NCBI GenBank assembly: GCA_963664225.1 | Contig: OY760937.1 | Location: 2,304,001-2,368,000, forward strand | Origin: Verrucomicrobiia bacterium | Lineage (GTDB): Bacteria; Verrucomicrobiota; Verrucomicrobiia; Limisphaerales; UBA1319 | Direction: 5' to 3' | DNA length: 64,000 nt | Shown here: piece after piece, positions 1 through 9,738 of the stretch | Layout of the letters: every line of letters begins with the position of its first letter | How positions within the stretch are numbered: the stretch's first letter is position 1 | The notes under the pieces: model-generated | Databases searched by the model: none | The model's input: the letters and a program-made list of their open reading frames with translations, nothing else | What the model was told of the DNA's origin: nothing | Position numbers and translations under genes: made by a program

Positions 1-676
1 CGTGTTGCGCGCCGCGATATTTCACCACCCGCAAATGACGCGTGGCAATCTGGTCATTGACCCGGTGGTCAAGCAGGATGACGCAGTCGGACACGTACTC
101 CTCCAGCCCGTGGCGCGTCATTTGATCGCGCCCACGCTCCGCCGTGATGACCGCGGTCATGCCCTTTTCCTTGAGCCAGCGGAAGAGTCGGCGCAACTCG
201 GAGCGCAGGATGGCTTCGTTGGGCAGGCTGGCGAACAACACTTCCAGTGTGTCCAGCACAACGCGTTTGGCGCCGATGGAATCAATCGCATGACCGAGCC
301 GGACGAACAATCCTTCCAGGTCATAGTCCCCACTTTCCTGAATTTCGCTGCGCTCCACATGGACGTAATCGATGACGATCTTTTTGCTCAGGACCAGTCC
401 TTCCAGATCGAATCCGAGCGACGCGACGTTGGCCTTCAACTCCTTCTCGGTCTCTTCAAAAGCCATCAGCACGCCCGGCTCGCCGAAGGTCGCCGCTCCG
501 CGCACGAGGAATTCCGCCGCCAGTAGCGTCTTGCCACAACCTGCGCCGCCACATACCAGCGTGGGCCGTCCGCGCGGCAACCCGCCGCCAGTGATTTCGT
601 CGAGCCCCTGGATGCCCGTGGGACACTTTGGCAATGGAATTGCAGTTGAGGCGAAGTGGAAATTATTCTTTTTCAT
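1..676 (-). CDS. kaiC: Circadian clock protein KaiC-family ATPase, N-terminal part (runs off the left edge)
   Basis: Not in the ORF track because it has no stop in the window. Manual translation from ATG 676: MKKNNFHFASTAIPLPKCPTGIQGLDEITGGGLPRGRPTLVCGGAGCGKTLLAAEFLVRGA...MAFEE...RVVLDTLE...TRHGLEEYVSDCVILL...RHLRVVKYRG, the KaiC CI domain with Walker A and catalytic EE. Confidence 0.9.
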   Translation of the reverse strand, partial: MKKNNFHFASTAIPLPKCPTGIQGLDEITGGGLPRGRPTLVCGGAGCGKTLLAAEFLVRGAATFGEPGVLMAFEETEKELKANVASLGFDLEGLVLSKKIVIDYVHVERSEIQESGDYDLEGLFVRLGHAIDSIGAKRVVLDTLEVLFASLPNEAILRSELRRLFRWLKEKGMTAVITAERGRDQMTRHGLEEYVSDCVILLDHRVNDQIATRHLRVVKYRGAQH

Positions 677-882
677 TCAATGACATTCGCTTCAAGCGCG
701 GGTGAAATACCGGGTGTATCCGATAATGGCAGATCTTGGTTTTATTTAATGACCGCATGTTGCTGGTTCCATACTAACCCTTTAGATTGGAATGTTATAT
801 GGGGTGAACACCCCATGGTGCGCAGCCATTCCTTCTCCTAACGTGGTGGCACCGAAACCTTTGCCGCCACACATAAGCCACA

Positions 883-899
883 AACAAAATCCATGCCAA
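883..899 (-). promoter_or_regulatory. Possible sigma-54 (-24/-12) promoter upstream of kaiC
   Basis: Minus strand TTGGCATGGATTTTGTT resembles YTGGCACG-N4-TTGCW, with GT in place of GC at -12. Confidence 0.3.
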
Positions 900-1184
900 A
901 AAGCTGTGCTGCAATGCGATTTTCAGCACAACGGCAATTGCTGATTCAAGGGGATAGGATCATGGGCCGGTGGCGTTCATGAACAAATTTGACTTCGGCG
1001 TGACCTCCTGCTTTCGATCCGCACAAATGGATTCGAGACTCACGTTTCCTATTGTGAGAACGGTTGATCTTGTGTCGCGCAGAAAATGCCCCCATTCTCC
1101 AATCTCCCAACACGCATTCGCGTTCTGTCCTCCAGAGACCTGCGAAGGCACTGCGTTGCCCGGGAAAAGCAACGATTGAACAAC

Positions 1185-1388
1185 TTAAAAATAACCGCGA
1201 ATCGATATCCAGAGAATGACCAGGGAAAGAACCCCGGCCACGGTAATCCAGATCGCGGATAAAAAATAAGAAAGGGCCATCAACACCAAGCCGATAAGAA
1301 ACGGCGCAAATTCCTGCCTTTTCCTTCCATAGACAAAGATCGCGAGACCGAGCGTTCCCCAGATAAATGAGGCAATAAATGTGGCCAT
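1185..1388 (-). CDS. Small hypothetical membrane protein
   Basis: MATFIASFIWGTLGLAIFVYGRKRQEFAPFLIGLVLMALSYF...: about 67 aa with 2-3 hydrophobic segments. Confidence 0.65.
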   Translation of the reverse strand: MATFIASFIWGTLGLAIFVYGRKRQEFAPFLIGLVLMALSYFLSAIWITVAGVLSLVILWISIRGYF

Positions 1389-1690
1389 AAAAATCAGCCC
1401 AGCAGGCCCGGAGTGGGCGGTTTCCGAGCGTCGGTTTTTTGAGTTCCGGGGAATGCCGTTTTCACACTCATCGAGTTGAATATCCTCCGACTGCGTCCTC
1501 TCTTCAAGTCTGGGATTCAACCCTGCGGGGGCAAATACCTTCCGGCTTTAAGGAACTTGAAAGAGACCGGCCGGTTCGTTGGGCGGGGCTCCGCGGCCTG
1601 GCGGCATTTTCGGGGGTCTGGTGGCGCGCAGAGGAAATGCAGCGCGGGCTTGTTCTCTGCGGTTAATCGGCTAGAGTGGCGGAGTCATTC

Positions 1691-2197
1691 ATGAATACAA
1701 CCAAGCTCAAAACCCCCAGGGACAGCCGCGTTGAGTCCCGTTACATCGTGATGCCGCAGCACGCCAACGATTACGGCATCGCATTTGGCGGCACGATCAT
1801 GGCGTGGATTGACATGGTTGCGGGGATGGTGGCCCAGAAACATTGCGGCTGCGAGGTGGTCACGGTGAGCATCGATAAACTCTCGTTTCACGAGCCGGTC
1901 CAGATCGGCGACCACGTGGTGCTCAAAGCCAGCGCGAATTATGTGGGCACCACCTCGATGGAAATCGGGGTTCAAGTGACGCGGGAAAACCCCTACAGCG
2001 GCGAATCCCGGCGCGCCACCACGGCCTATCTGACTTTTGTCGGCATCTCCAAAAGCGGCCGTCCCGTGCCCATTCCGGGACTGCAGCCGGAGTCTCCCGA
2101 CGAAATCCGGCGTTATGAAAATGCCCGGCTCCGCGTGGAGTCGCGCAAGGAATTGCTCAAAAAAATCAAAGCCAAAAACCCGCCCGGTCCGGCTTGA
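1691..2197 (+). CDS. Acyl-CoA thioesterase (hotdog fold, YciA-like)
   Basis: Motifs VMPQHANDYGIAFGGTIMAWID, VVTVSID, VGTTSMEIGV. Confidence 0.9.
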   Translation: MNTTKLKTPRDSRVESRYIVMPQHANDYGIAFGGTIMAWIDMVAGMVAQKHCGCEVVTVSIDKLSFHEPVQIGDHVVLKASANYVGTTSMEIGVQVTRENPYSGESRRATTAYLTFVGISKSGRPVPIPGLQPESPDEIRRYENARLRVESRKELLKKIKAKNPPGPA

Positions 2198-2239
2198 CCC
2201 TCTTGAAAGGGTCTTATAGGTTTGGCGAAACTCTTGAAC

Positions 2240-3196
2240 ATGAGAATTTTAATCCTCTTCGCTTTGATGGTGGCCGTGGCCGCGAATCGCACCGCAGCCG
2301 AACCGGCTTTGGCCGACGGCATCGCCGTGGTGGTCAATGACGTGGTGATCACTTACCGGGACGTCGAATCCTCCATCGGGCCGGCCATCGAGTTGCTGAC
2401 CCGGCAATACGAGAAAGATCAGGCGACATTTCAAAAGAAAGTCACCGAGTTGCAACGGGAGAGCATCGAGGAATTGGTCGAGCGGCAGCTTATTTTGTTC
2501 GATTTCACCAACTCAGGATACAATCTGCCCGAAAGCATCATCGACGACAGTGTTCAGCAGCGCATTCGGGACGATTACCGGGACCGTGTCACATTGACCA
2601 AGACGCTGCGGGCCCAGGGCATGACTTACGAGACCTTCAAGAGAAACGTCCGGGAAAACATCGTCATCGGAGCTTTGCGTGATAAACACATCAACCAGGC
2701 CCTGATCATTTCCCCGCAGAAAATCGAGGCCTACTATCAGACCAACAAGACGCAGTTTCAGATGGAGGATCAGGTTCACCTGCGCATGATTGTGCTCAAC
2801 AAGGCCAAGGACGATCCCACGGCTGCGCCCGCGCTGGCCAAGGAAATTCTAAGCAAGCTCGACGGGGGCACCTCCTTTGCCGAGATGGCGGGAGTTTATT
2901 CGGAAGGCTCGCAGAAAAGCCAGGGCGGCGATTGGGGGTGGGTGGACCGCTCGGTGTTGCGCAAGGACCTGGTCGATACCGCCTTTTCCCTGAAGCCCGG
3001 CCAGCACAGCGGGGTGATCGACACCCCGGAAGCCTGCTACCTCATGCTGGTGGAGGATGTTCGCGGTTCGCACCTCAAGCCCATGGTTGAAGTGCGCGCG
3101 GACATCGAGAAGACCCTCATGGCTCAGGAGCAGGGTCGCCTTCAAAAACAATGGATCGAACGGCTCAAGAAAAAAGCCTACATCCGCTACTACTGA
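2240..3196 (+). CDS. surA: SurA-like parvulin peptidyl-prolyl isomerase/chaperone
   Basis: Signal peptide, DGIAVVVNDVVIT N-domain, parvulin motif SFAEMAGVYSEGSQKSQGGDWGWV; lies upstream of pdxA as in the usual surA-pdxA synteny. Confidence 0.85.
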   Translation: MRILILFALMVAVAANRTAAEPALADGIAVVVNDVVITYRDVESSIGPAIELLTRQYEKDQATFQKKVTELQRESIEELVERQLILFDFTNSGYNLPESIIDDSVQQRIRDDYRDRVTLTKTLRAQGMTYETFKRNVRENIVIGALRDKHINQALIISPQKIEAYYQTNKTQFQMEDQVHLRMIVLNKAKDDPTAAPALAKEILSKLDGGTSFAEMAGVYSEGSQKSQGGDWGWVDRSVLRKDLVDTAFSLKPGQHSGVIDTPEACYLMLVEDVRGSHLKPMVEVRADIEKTLMAQEQGRLQKQWIERLKKKAYIRYY

Positions 3197-3244
3197 CGCG
3201 CATGGGCGTTAAACGTTTTGACGCCCGGTCCGCGTTTTCAACCC

Positions 3245-4228
3245 ATGTCCCAATGGATTGGCATTTGTCTGGGCGATCCGACCGGTATCGGGCCTGAGAT
3301 TACGCTCAAAACCCTCGAGCGGGAGTTGCCTTCGGACGATGTCCGCTATTTAATCCTGGGCGATTTGCCCCTGCTCCAGCGCCTTTCCCGCGCATTGCAA
3401 CTGCAACTTCCGCTCGTTCCCTTTCGCAATTACGAGATGACAGAGCGGGTGGCTGTATTCAATCCCCTGTCGGAGCCGTTGCCCGAGAACCTGCCCCAGG
3501 GCGGGTCGGAAGCCGCCCGCGCAGCGGTGGCGTGGCTCGAAGAAGGCGCCCGGCGCTGCTTGAGTGGTTCCATCAAGGCCATCCTCACCGCGCCTGTCAG
3601 CAAGGAAGCCATCATTCGAGCGGGCATCCCATTCGTCGGCCAGACCGAGCACCTGAGCCGGATGGCTGGAACCGCGCGCACGGGAATGTTGCTCATGGGC
3701 GAAGACGACCGGGGACGCTGGCTGCGCGTCCTCCTGGCCACCACGCATGTCCCCATCAAGGATCTCCCTGCGGCCCTGACCCGCGCGAAGGTCGAACTGG
3801 CCATCGAAATGGCCGCGCTCGCCTGCCGACAACTTCGCCTAAGCCGCGCGCGTATTGGCGTCTGCGGCCTCAATCCGCACGCCGGGGAAGGTGGAAAAAT
3901 GGGAACCGAGGAAATCACAACCATCTCTCCAGCCGTGAACGCCGGGCGCGCCGCCGGGATGGACGCCTGCGGGCCTGTTGCCGCCGACGCCTTGTTTTAT
4001 CAGGCTTATCGGGGGGATTTCGACATGGTGGTGGCCATGTATCACGATCAGGGGTTGGCTCCGCTCAAAATGATCGGCTTCGAAAAAGGCATCAACTGGA
4101 CCGTGGGCCTTCCCTTCATCCGCACCTCACCCGATCACGGCACCGCCTACAACATCGTTGGACAGAACGTGGCGAACCCCTCCAGCATGGTCGCCGCACT
4201 GCGATTGGCCAAGTTTTTGACGCCGTAA
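3245..4228 (+). CDS. pdxA: 4-hydroxythreonine-4-phosphate dehydrogenase PdxA
   Basis: GDPTGIGPE, GLNPHAGE, AMYHDQGL, PFIRTSPDHGTA motifs. Confidence 0.93.
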   Translation: MSQWIGICLGDPTGIGPEITLKTLERELPSDDVRYLILGDLPLLQRLSRALQLQLPLVPFRNYEMTERVAVFNPLSEPLPENLPQGGSEAARAAVAWLEEGARRCLSGSIKAILTAPVSKEAIIRAGIPFVGQTEHLSRMAGTARTGMLLMGEDDRGRWLRVLLATTHVPIKDLPAALTRAKVELAIEMAALACRQLRLSRARIGVCGLNPHAGEGGKMGTEEITTISPAVNAGRAAGMDACGPVAADALFYQAYRGDFDMVVAMYHDQGLAPLKMIGFEKGINWTVGLPFIRTSPDHGTAYNIVGQNVANPSSMVAALRLAKFLTP

Positions 4229-4329
4229 GTGTCAGTCCTCGCCTTTGACACTCGCCTCATGCAGCAGTTTGCAAACGCCGTGTTGCCCGGCAGACCGGGA
4301 TGGATATCTCTCGAGCGCCCAGGGCGCAA

Positions 4330-4731
4330 TCAGGCCTTGCCCTTGACCTTGGAATTGTCGTTTTCGGCCGATTTGAGCGCCAGATTCAGAAAGCCGATGA
4401 GCTTGGCCATGTTTACCGGTTTGTAGAGAACGACGGTTTTGGTGCGCTTGATAAAGGCATCGACTTTGGGATGACCTTCGTGGCCGGTGATGACGATGAA
4501 CCGGCGGCAGAGATGGGGTTTGGTTCTCTCAATGGCCTGGAAAAACATGTCGCCGGCCATATTGGGCATCATCATATCGCACAGGATGACGTCCACGTCC
4601 TCTTTCATGACGGCTTTGAGGGCCTCGACGCCATCGGTGGCTGTGCTCACACGAAACCCCTTGCCTTCGAGCAATTCCTTGTTGAGTTGCAGCCATTCCA
4701 AGTCATCATCCACCATTAAAACATGTCTCAT
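4330..4731 (-). CDS. Single-domain response regulator (receiver)
   Basis: VLMVDDD, DVILCDMMMPNMAG, ITG, KP receiver motifs; no output domain. Confidence 0.85.
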   Translation of the reverse strand: MRHVLMVDDDLEWLQLNKELLEGKGFRVSTATDGVEALKAVMKEDVDVILCDMMMPNMAGDMFFQAIERTKPHLCRRFIVITGHEGHPKVDAFIKRTKTVVLYKPVNMAKLIGFLNLALKSAENDNSKVKGKA

Positions 4732-4931
4732 AACCGGTCCGAACCTTACCGCGCTTTGCGGATTATTACGGTTTTGAGAGTCGGAAAGCAATTTCATTTC
4801 ACGGTAAATAGCGATTAAAACGGGATCTGATAAAAAGAAAGAAACCGGCCGCGCGATCCATTTCGATTGCCGCGGGAAACGGGGCGCGTTTTCCCTTGCC
4901 CGGCGCGGAAGGGTTGATTAGGCTCAAGGCC

Positions 4932-5936
4932 ATGAAATGTTGGTCTATCCGACTGGCCCTGATCCTTTTAGTGGTTCTGGCCGTGCCCTATCGGTGTCCT
5001 GCCCCCCTGATTTACCGCGTGGGGGAGGGCTGGTCTTACGAGGCGGTGGGCGGAACCAAATGGGAGCGCGCGCGCGCCAAAGACCAATTGGAAGTGGCGC
5101 AGCAGGCCTTTGAGAAGAAACAATACTCCGTGGCCCGCAAAGCCGCCAGCCGCGTGGTCAAACGCTGGCCTTTCTCGGATTATGCGCCTCAGGCGCAATA
5201 CCTTTTGGCCCGCATCCACGCAATGAGCGGCAATGATGAAAAGGCCTTTAAGGAATATCAAAAGCTGATCGAAAAATATCCCAAGGTCGAAAATTATCAG
5301 GAGGTTCTCAAGAAGCAGTATGACATCGCCAATCGCTACCTTGCCGGGGAATGGTTTAAATTGTGGGGCGTAATCCCCCTGGGGCCGTCGATGGACAAAA
5401 CAGTGGCGATGTACGAGAAGGTGATCAAGAACGGGCCGTTCAGCGAGGTTGCCCCCCAGTCCCAGCTTAACATCGGCGCGGCCCATGAAAAACGCTACTT
5501 CAAGGAATACACCAAGGCGGCCCAGGCGTATGAAAAGGCTGCGGACCGCTACCACGATCAGCCCAAAGTTGCGGCGGAGGCCCAATTCAAGACTGGCATG
5601 GCCTTCACCAAACAGGCCCGCACGGCGGAATATGACCAGAGCGTGGCTGGCAAAGCCATCGCCGCCTTCTCCGATTTCAACGTTCTTTACCCCGACGATC
5701 CGCGCGTATCGGAGTCCCAAAAGATCATCGCTTCCCTGAAAACCGAGCAGGCCCGCGGCTGCTACGCCATCGCCAAATTTTACGAAAAGCGCAAGCGTTG
5801 GAACGGTGCCCTCATTTACTACAACGAGGTCCTGGTCAAAGACCCCAGCTCAATTTACGCCACGGAAGCCAAGCAGCGCATCGAGGCGCTTAAAAAACGG
5901 ACGGCAGCGACGCCTCCGCCTGCCACAAAGAAATGA
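4932..5936 (+). CDS. bamD: Outer membrane protein assembly factor BamD-like TPR protein
   Basis: TPR repeats, YDQSVAGKAIAAFSDF..YPDD, C-terminal IAKFYEK..GALIYY; adjacent to lptE. Confidence 0.8.
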   Translation: MKCWSIRLALILLVVLAVPYRCPAPLIYRVGEGWSYEAVGGTKWERARAKDQLEVAQQAFEKKQYSVARKAASRVVKRWPFSDYAPQAQYLLARIHAMSGNDEKAFKEYQKLIEKYPKVENYQEVLKKQYDIANRYLAGEWFKLWGVIPLGPSMDKTVAMYEKVIKNGPFSEVAPQSQLNIGAAHEKRYFKEYTKAAQAYEKAADRYHDQPKVAAEAQFKTGMAFTKQARTAEYDQSVAGKAIAAFSDFNVLYPDDPRVSESQKIIASLKTEQARGCYAIAKFYEKRKRWNGALIYYNEVLVKDPSSIYATEAKQRIEALKKRTAATPPPATKK

Positions 5937-6475
5937 AGACCCTAACGGCCCGATTTGCGCAATGGTCACCCTCCTGGTGTCTGGCGGTCATGATCCTGTC
6001 CTTGCTGGGAGCGGGCTGCGGCGGTTACAAGCTCGGCCCGACCAGCGGCATTGCCGCCGGATCACGGTCCATTCAGATCAACTTTTTCCAAAACAAAACG
6101 CTGGAACCCCGCCTGGTCGAGTCGATCAACAACGCGCTCCGCAAAAACCTCCAGCAGGAGGGCACCTACCGCCTGGCCACTGATGATGACGGCGACATCG
6201 TCGTCAACGGCACCATCACCGATTTCAAGCGTTCAGCGGTCGGTTTCCAACCGGCGGACATCCTGACCGTTCGCGATTACCTGATCTTCCTCACGGTACA
6301 TGTGCGCGCCACGGAACGGCTGACCGGCAAGGTCGTGCTGGATCGCGAATCCTACGGACGCACCACAATTCGCGTTGGGGCGGATCTGGCGAGCGCCGAG
6401 CGCGAGGCGGTGCCGATGCTTGCGGACGATCTGGCCAAGCGGGTGACCTCCATGCTGGTGGACGGTGCGTGGTAA
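5933..6475 (+). CDS. lptE: LPS assembly lipoprotein LptE
   Basis: Lipobox GAGCGGYKLG, FQNKTLEP, C-terminal helix ADDLAKRV...W. Confidence 0.8.
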   Translation: MKTLTARFAQWSPSWCLAVMILSLLGAGCGGYKLGPTSGIAAGSRSIQINFFQNKTLEPRLVESINNALRKNLQQEGTYRLATDDDGDIVVNGTITDFKRSAVGFQPADILTVRDYLIFLTVHVRATERLTGKVVLDRESYGRTTIRVGADLASAEREAVPMLADDLAKRVTSMLVDGAW

Positions 6476-6541
6476 GGAGACCGGCGGAGATGGGACGGAC
6501 GTTGGTTGCCACTGCGGCGCTTCATCACTATTCTAACCTGA

Positions 6542-7324
6542 ATGCATAAGATCGCGTTTCAATTTGGGCCCCTGGCCATCCATTGGTATGGGGTCATGGT
6601 CGCGCTGGGTTTCCTGGCGGGATTATGGACGGCCAGCCGCCGGGCTCCGCAGGATGGGATTCATCCAGAACGAATTCTCGACTTGGGGCCCTGGCTCATT
6701 GTGGGCGCCATTGTGGGATCCCGCCTGCTGTTTGTGATTTCCTATTGGGACGAGTATTTCGCACGGCAGCCGTGGTACGAGATATTCATGATCCAACGCG
6801 GCGGTCTGGTATTTTACGGGGGATTGATTGGATCGTTTGCCGCCGGGGTGATTTTTATACGATGGAAGAAACTGCCCTTTCTCAAAGTGGCGGACGTGAT
6901 GGCCCCGAGCATCGCGCTGGGCCATGCCTTTGGCCGGATCGGCTGTCTGATGAATGGCTGCTGTTACGGCAAACCCACGCAATGCTTTCTGGCGATCCAT
7001 TTCCCCGTTGATCACGAAACGGGCGGCGCCGGGGTGCATCCGACGGAAATTTACGAGTCGGTTCTCAATGCCCTGCTTTACCTCGGTTTGGCCTGGATGT
7101 TCCGTCGCAAGAAATTCGACGGCCAGATCTTTGCGCTGTATCTCCTGATCTATTCGGTATTGCGGGCCACGGTGGAGTGTTTCCGCGGGGATTATTCCTC
7201 TTTGATCCTGGGTTGGATCACGCCCGGGCAGGTGGCCAGCGCGGTGACCTTCGCACTAGGGTTAGTCATGTGGCGCATGGCCTCGCGCAGGAAAACCAAT
7301 GCCACGATCGCCATTAAACCATAG
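6542..7324 (+). CDS. lgt: Prolipoprotein diacylglyceryl transferase
   Basis: IHWYG, GGLVFYGG, GRIGCLMNGCCYG, HPTEIYE motifs. Confidence 0.93.
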   Translation: MHKIAFQFGPLAIHWYGVMVALGFLAGLWTASRRAPQDGIHPERILDLGPWLIVGAIVGSRLLFVISYWDEYFARQPWYEIFMIQRGGLVFYGGLIGSFAAGVIFIRWKKLPFLKVADVMAPSIALGHAFGRIGCLMNGCCYGKPTQCFLAIHFPVDHETGGAGVHPTEIYESVLNALLYLGLAWMFRRKKFDGQIFALYLLIYSVLRATVECFRGDYSSLILGWITPGQVASAVTFALGLVMWRMASRRKTNATIAIKP

Positions 7325-7359
7325 AGTTTTGCGGAGGTGGAAGGGATGGAAGGTTGCCC

Positions 7360-8313
7360 ATGAGCGAACGCGACGAATTTTTTCAGGTGGAGGAAACACG
7401 CACCGGTGAACGGCTGGATGTGTATCTATGCGCGCGTTATCCGATGGCCTCGCGTGGAGCCTTGCAACGGATGATCGATGAAGGCCATATCCGGGTCAAT
7501 GGCCAGCCCGCCAAATGCTCGCACCGGCCCCGTCGCGGCGAGCAGGTGGAAGTTCACTGGCCGGACGCCCGGCCAGCGGAAGCGCAGCCTGAGAACATTG
7601 CCCTGGAGATTCTGTTCGAGGACGACGACTTATTGGTTCTCAACAAGCCGTCGGGCCTGGTGGTGCATCCGGCCGCCGGCAATGAGGAGCATACCCTGGT
7701 CAATGCCCTGCTGTATCATTGCGCGGGTCATTTGAGCGGCATTGGCGGCGTGGCCAGGCCCGGCATCGTGCATCGGCTCGACAAGGACACCAGCGGCTGC
7801 CTGGTGGTCGCCAAGAATGACGAGGCTCACCATGGCCTGGCGGAACAATTCGAAAACCGCACCACTGTCAAAATTTACCATGCCGTTTTGTGCGGTGCGC
7901 TGTCCCGCGAATCCGGCGAAATTCACGGCGCCATTGCCCGACATCCCAGCCACCGCAAGCGCATGGCCGTGACCGAGGGGGAAGGCCGGGACGCCTGGAC
8001 GAGCTACAAAGTGTTGGAACGGCTTCGCTCCGCCACACTGGTCGCCGCGCAGATTCACACCGGACGCACGCATCAAATCCGGGTTCACTTTCAGCATCTG
8101 GGATTTCCACTGGCTGGTGACACGACCTACGGCGCACGCCAAAACATACGCCTGACCGAGCAAACCGGCTGTCACTTTGCGCGGCAATTACTGCATTCTT
8201 TTTCGCTGAGGTTCACACATCCGCGAACGCAGAAATCGCTTACATTCGAGGCACCGTGGCCGACCGATTTTCGGGAGGCCGTGGCCGCCTTGAAAATCGT
8301 CAGCGCAGTCTGA
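7360..8313 (+). CDS. rluD: RluA/RluD family pseudouridine synthase
   Basis: S4 domain (RLDVYL), NKPSGLVVHP, GIVHRLDKDTSG, TGRTHQIRVH. Confidence 0.9.
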   Translation: MSERDEFFQVEETRTGERLDVYLCARYPMASRGALQRMIDEGHIRVNGQPAKCSHRPRRGEQVEVHWPDARPAEAQPENIALEILFEDDDLLVLNKPSGLVVHPAAGNEEHTLVNALLYHCAGHLSGIGGVARPGIVHRLDKDTSGCLVVAKNDEAHHGLAEQFENRTTVKIYHAVLCGALSRESGEIHGAIARHPSHRKRMAVTEGEGRDAWTSYKVLERLRSATLVAAQIHTGRTHQIRVHFQHLGFPLAGDTTYGARQNIRLTEQTGCHFARQLLHSFSLRFTHPRTQKSLTFEAPWPTDFREAVAALKIVSAV

Positions 8314-8331
8314 TGGAATACTGGCTTTGCG

Positions 8332-9564
8332 TTACGGCGCGGTTTTCTTGAGGCCAAAAGCGTAGAGCACGCCGTCCTCCGCGCCAATGACCACGCAGCC
8401 GCCAGAAACAGCGGGCGAGGCTGAAATGGGCTGGCCGATTTCGTAGGACCAAAGCTCCCGGCCATCGACCAGGGAAAGCAGATACAAACGGCCATCGTCT
8501 GAACCCGCCACCACTTTATCTCCGCAGATCACCGGCGAAACATCGACTTTACCGCGAGTCGGGAACACCCACAATTTTTCCCCGGTCTCGCGCTTCAGGC
8601 AATGGACCCGTTTGTCCCTGGAACCGACGACAATCCGATCGCGGGCGATCGCGGGGGACGAAAAGAAAGGAAACGCTTTGTCCGTGTAAATCCAGTTTGT
8701 GGCGCCTTTCTGAACATCGATGCTCAGAAACATGTTTTCATACTGGCCCACGTAGGCGCGGGAACCGTCCAACGCAGCGGAGCCCGCGATATAGCCACCG
8801 GCCTCGACTTGGCGGACCTGCTGCCCATCCGCCAGTGAGACGACGTGTAACATGGCATCACATCCACCAAACACGGCCAGCCCTTCCGCAACCGCAGGTG
8901 AACCATTGATGTAATTCGCGCTCGTGTAGCTCCAGATGCCCTTGCCGGTGGCTGAATCAACGCAGTGGAGTTTGAAATCGTAACTCCCCACAAGAATCCA
9001 CGGTGCACCGCCCTTGGGCGATTTGATCCAATTGGGCGCGCCGGGTATACGATCTCCCGTCTCGTATTTCCAAAGGAACTTGCCGACATCGGCGTCCAGG
9101 GCATAAAGGAAAGCGTCGTCCGACCCGATATACACTCGCCCGTCGAGCACGAGAGGCGAGGATTCGATCGCGCCTGCAGTTTGGTAAGACCACAATTTTT
9201 TACCGTCCGCCAGATTCAATGCATAGACGTTACTGTCCGAGCAACCCACATAGACGCGTCCGCCCACAATGGCCGCGGAGGATTTGATCGAATCGCCTCC
9301 CTTGAAAGTCCATAGCAAGTCGAGTTTGGCAGGCAGTGAACCCGCCGCCACGCCAATCAGCGATGGCGCACCCCGATACATGGGCCAGTCCGCACGGATG
9401 GTGTTGGTGTCCGAAGCGCCAACTTTGGAGTCCTGGTGCCCCAAGCCTGCGGCGTTTGTTGCGGATAAACTCGCTGGGTCCGCTTTAGCACCGATGGCCA
9501 GCAGGAGGATTAGGATTCCAGCCTGAAGGACCAGACGGATGGGATTGAACAATGCCCGATTCAT
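8332..9564 (-). CDS. PQQ-like/BamB-like beta-propeller exported protein
   Basis: DWPMYRG followed by repeated SSP..GRVY.G..D..LYAL.A..GK.LW blades; start uncertain. Confidence 0.85.
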   Translation of the reverse strand: MNRALFNPIRLVLQAGILILLLAIGAKADPASLSATNAAGLGHQDSKVGASDTNTIRADWPMYRGAPSLIGVAAGSLPAKLDLLWTFKGGDSIKSSAAIVGGRVYVGCSDSNVYALNLADGKKLWSYQTAGAIESSPLVLDGRVYIGSDDAFLYALDADVGKFLWKYETGDRIPGAPNWIKSPKGGAPWILVGSYDFKLHCVDSATGKGIWSYTSANYINGSPAVAEGLAVFGGCDAMLHVVSLADGQQVRQVEAGGYIAGSAALDGSRAYVGQYENMFLSIDVQKGATNWIYTDKAFPFFSSPAIARDRIVVGSRDKRVHCLKRETGEKLWVFPTRGKVDVSPVICGDKVVAGSDDGRLYLLSLVDGRELWSYEIGQPISASPAVSGGCVVIGAEDGVLYAFGLKKTAP

Positions 9565-9738
9565 GTTGCTGGAATGTAGTGCCTGGGACGCCAGACTTTC
9601 AAACCTCAATTTGAGAAGGTCATCCAATTCGGTTGGATTCAGGAGCGCCGGCGCAGGGGAGTTGAACCCAGCTTTGAAGTGTATCGGGTGCTGGGGCGAA
9701 ATTCCCAGCACCCAACCCGATCGCCATAATGCGAGGGC

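Noticed and set aside
2..526. 174-aa plus-strand ORF
   Set aside because: Antisense shadow of kaiC.
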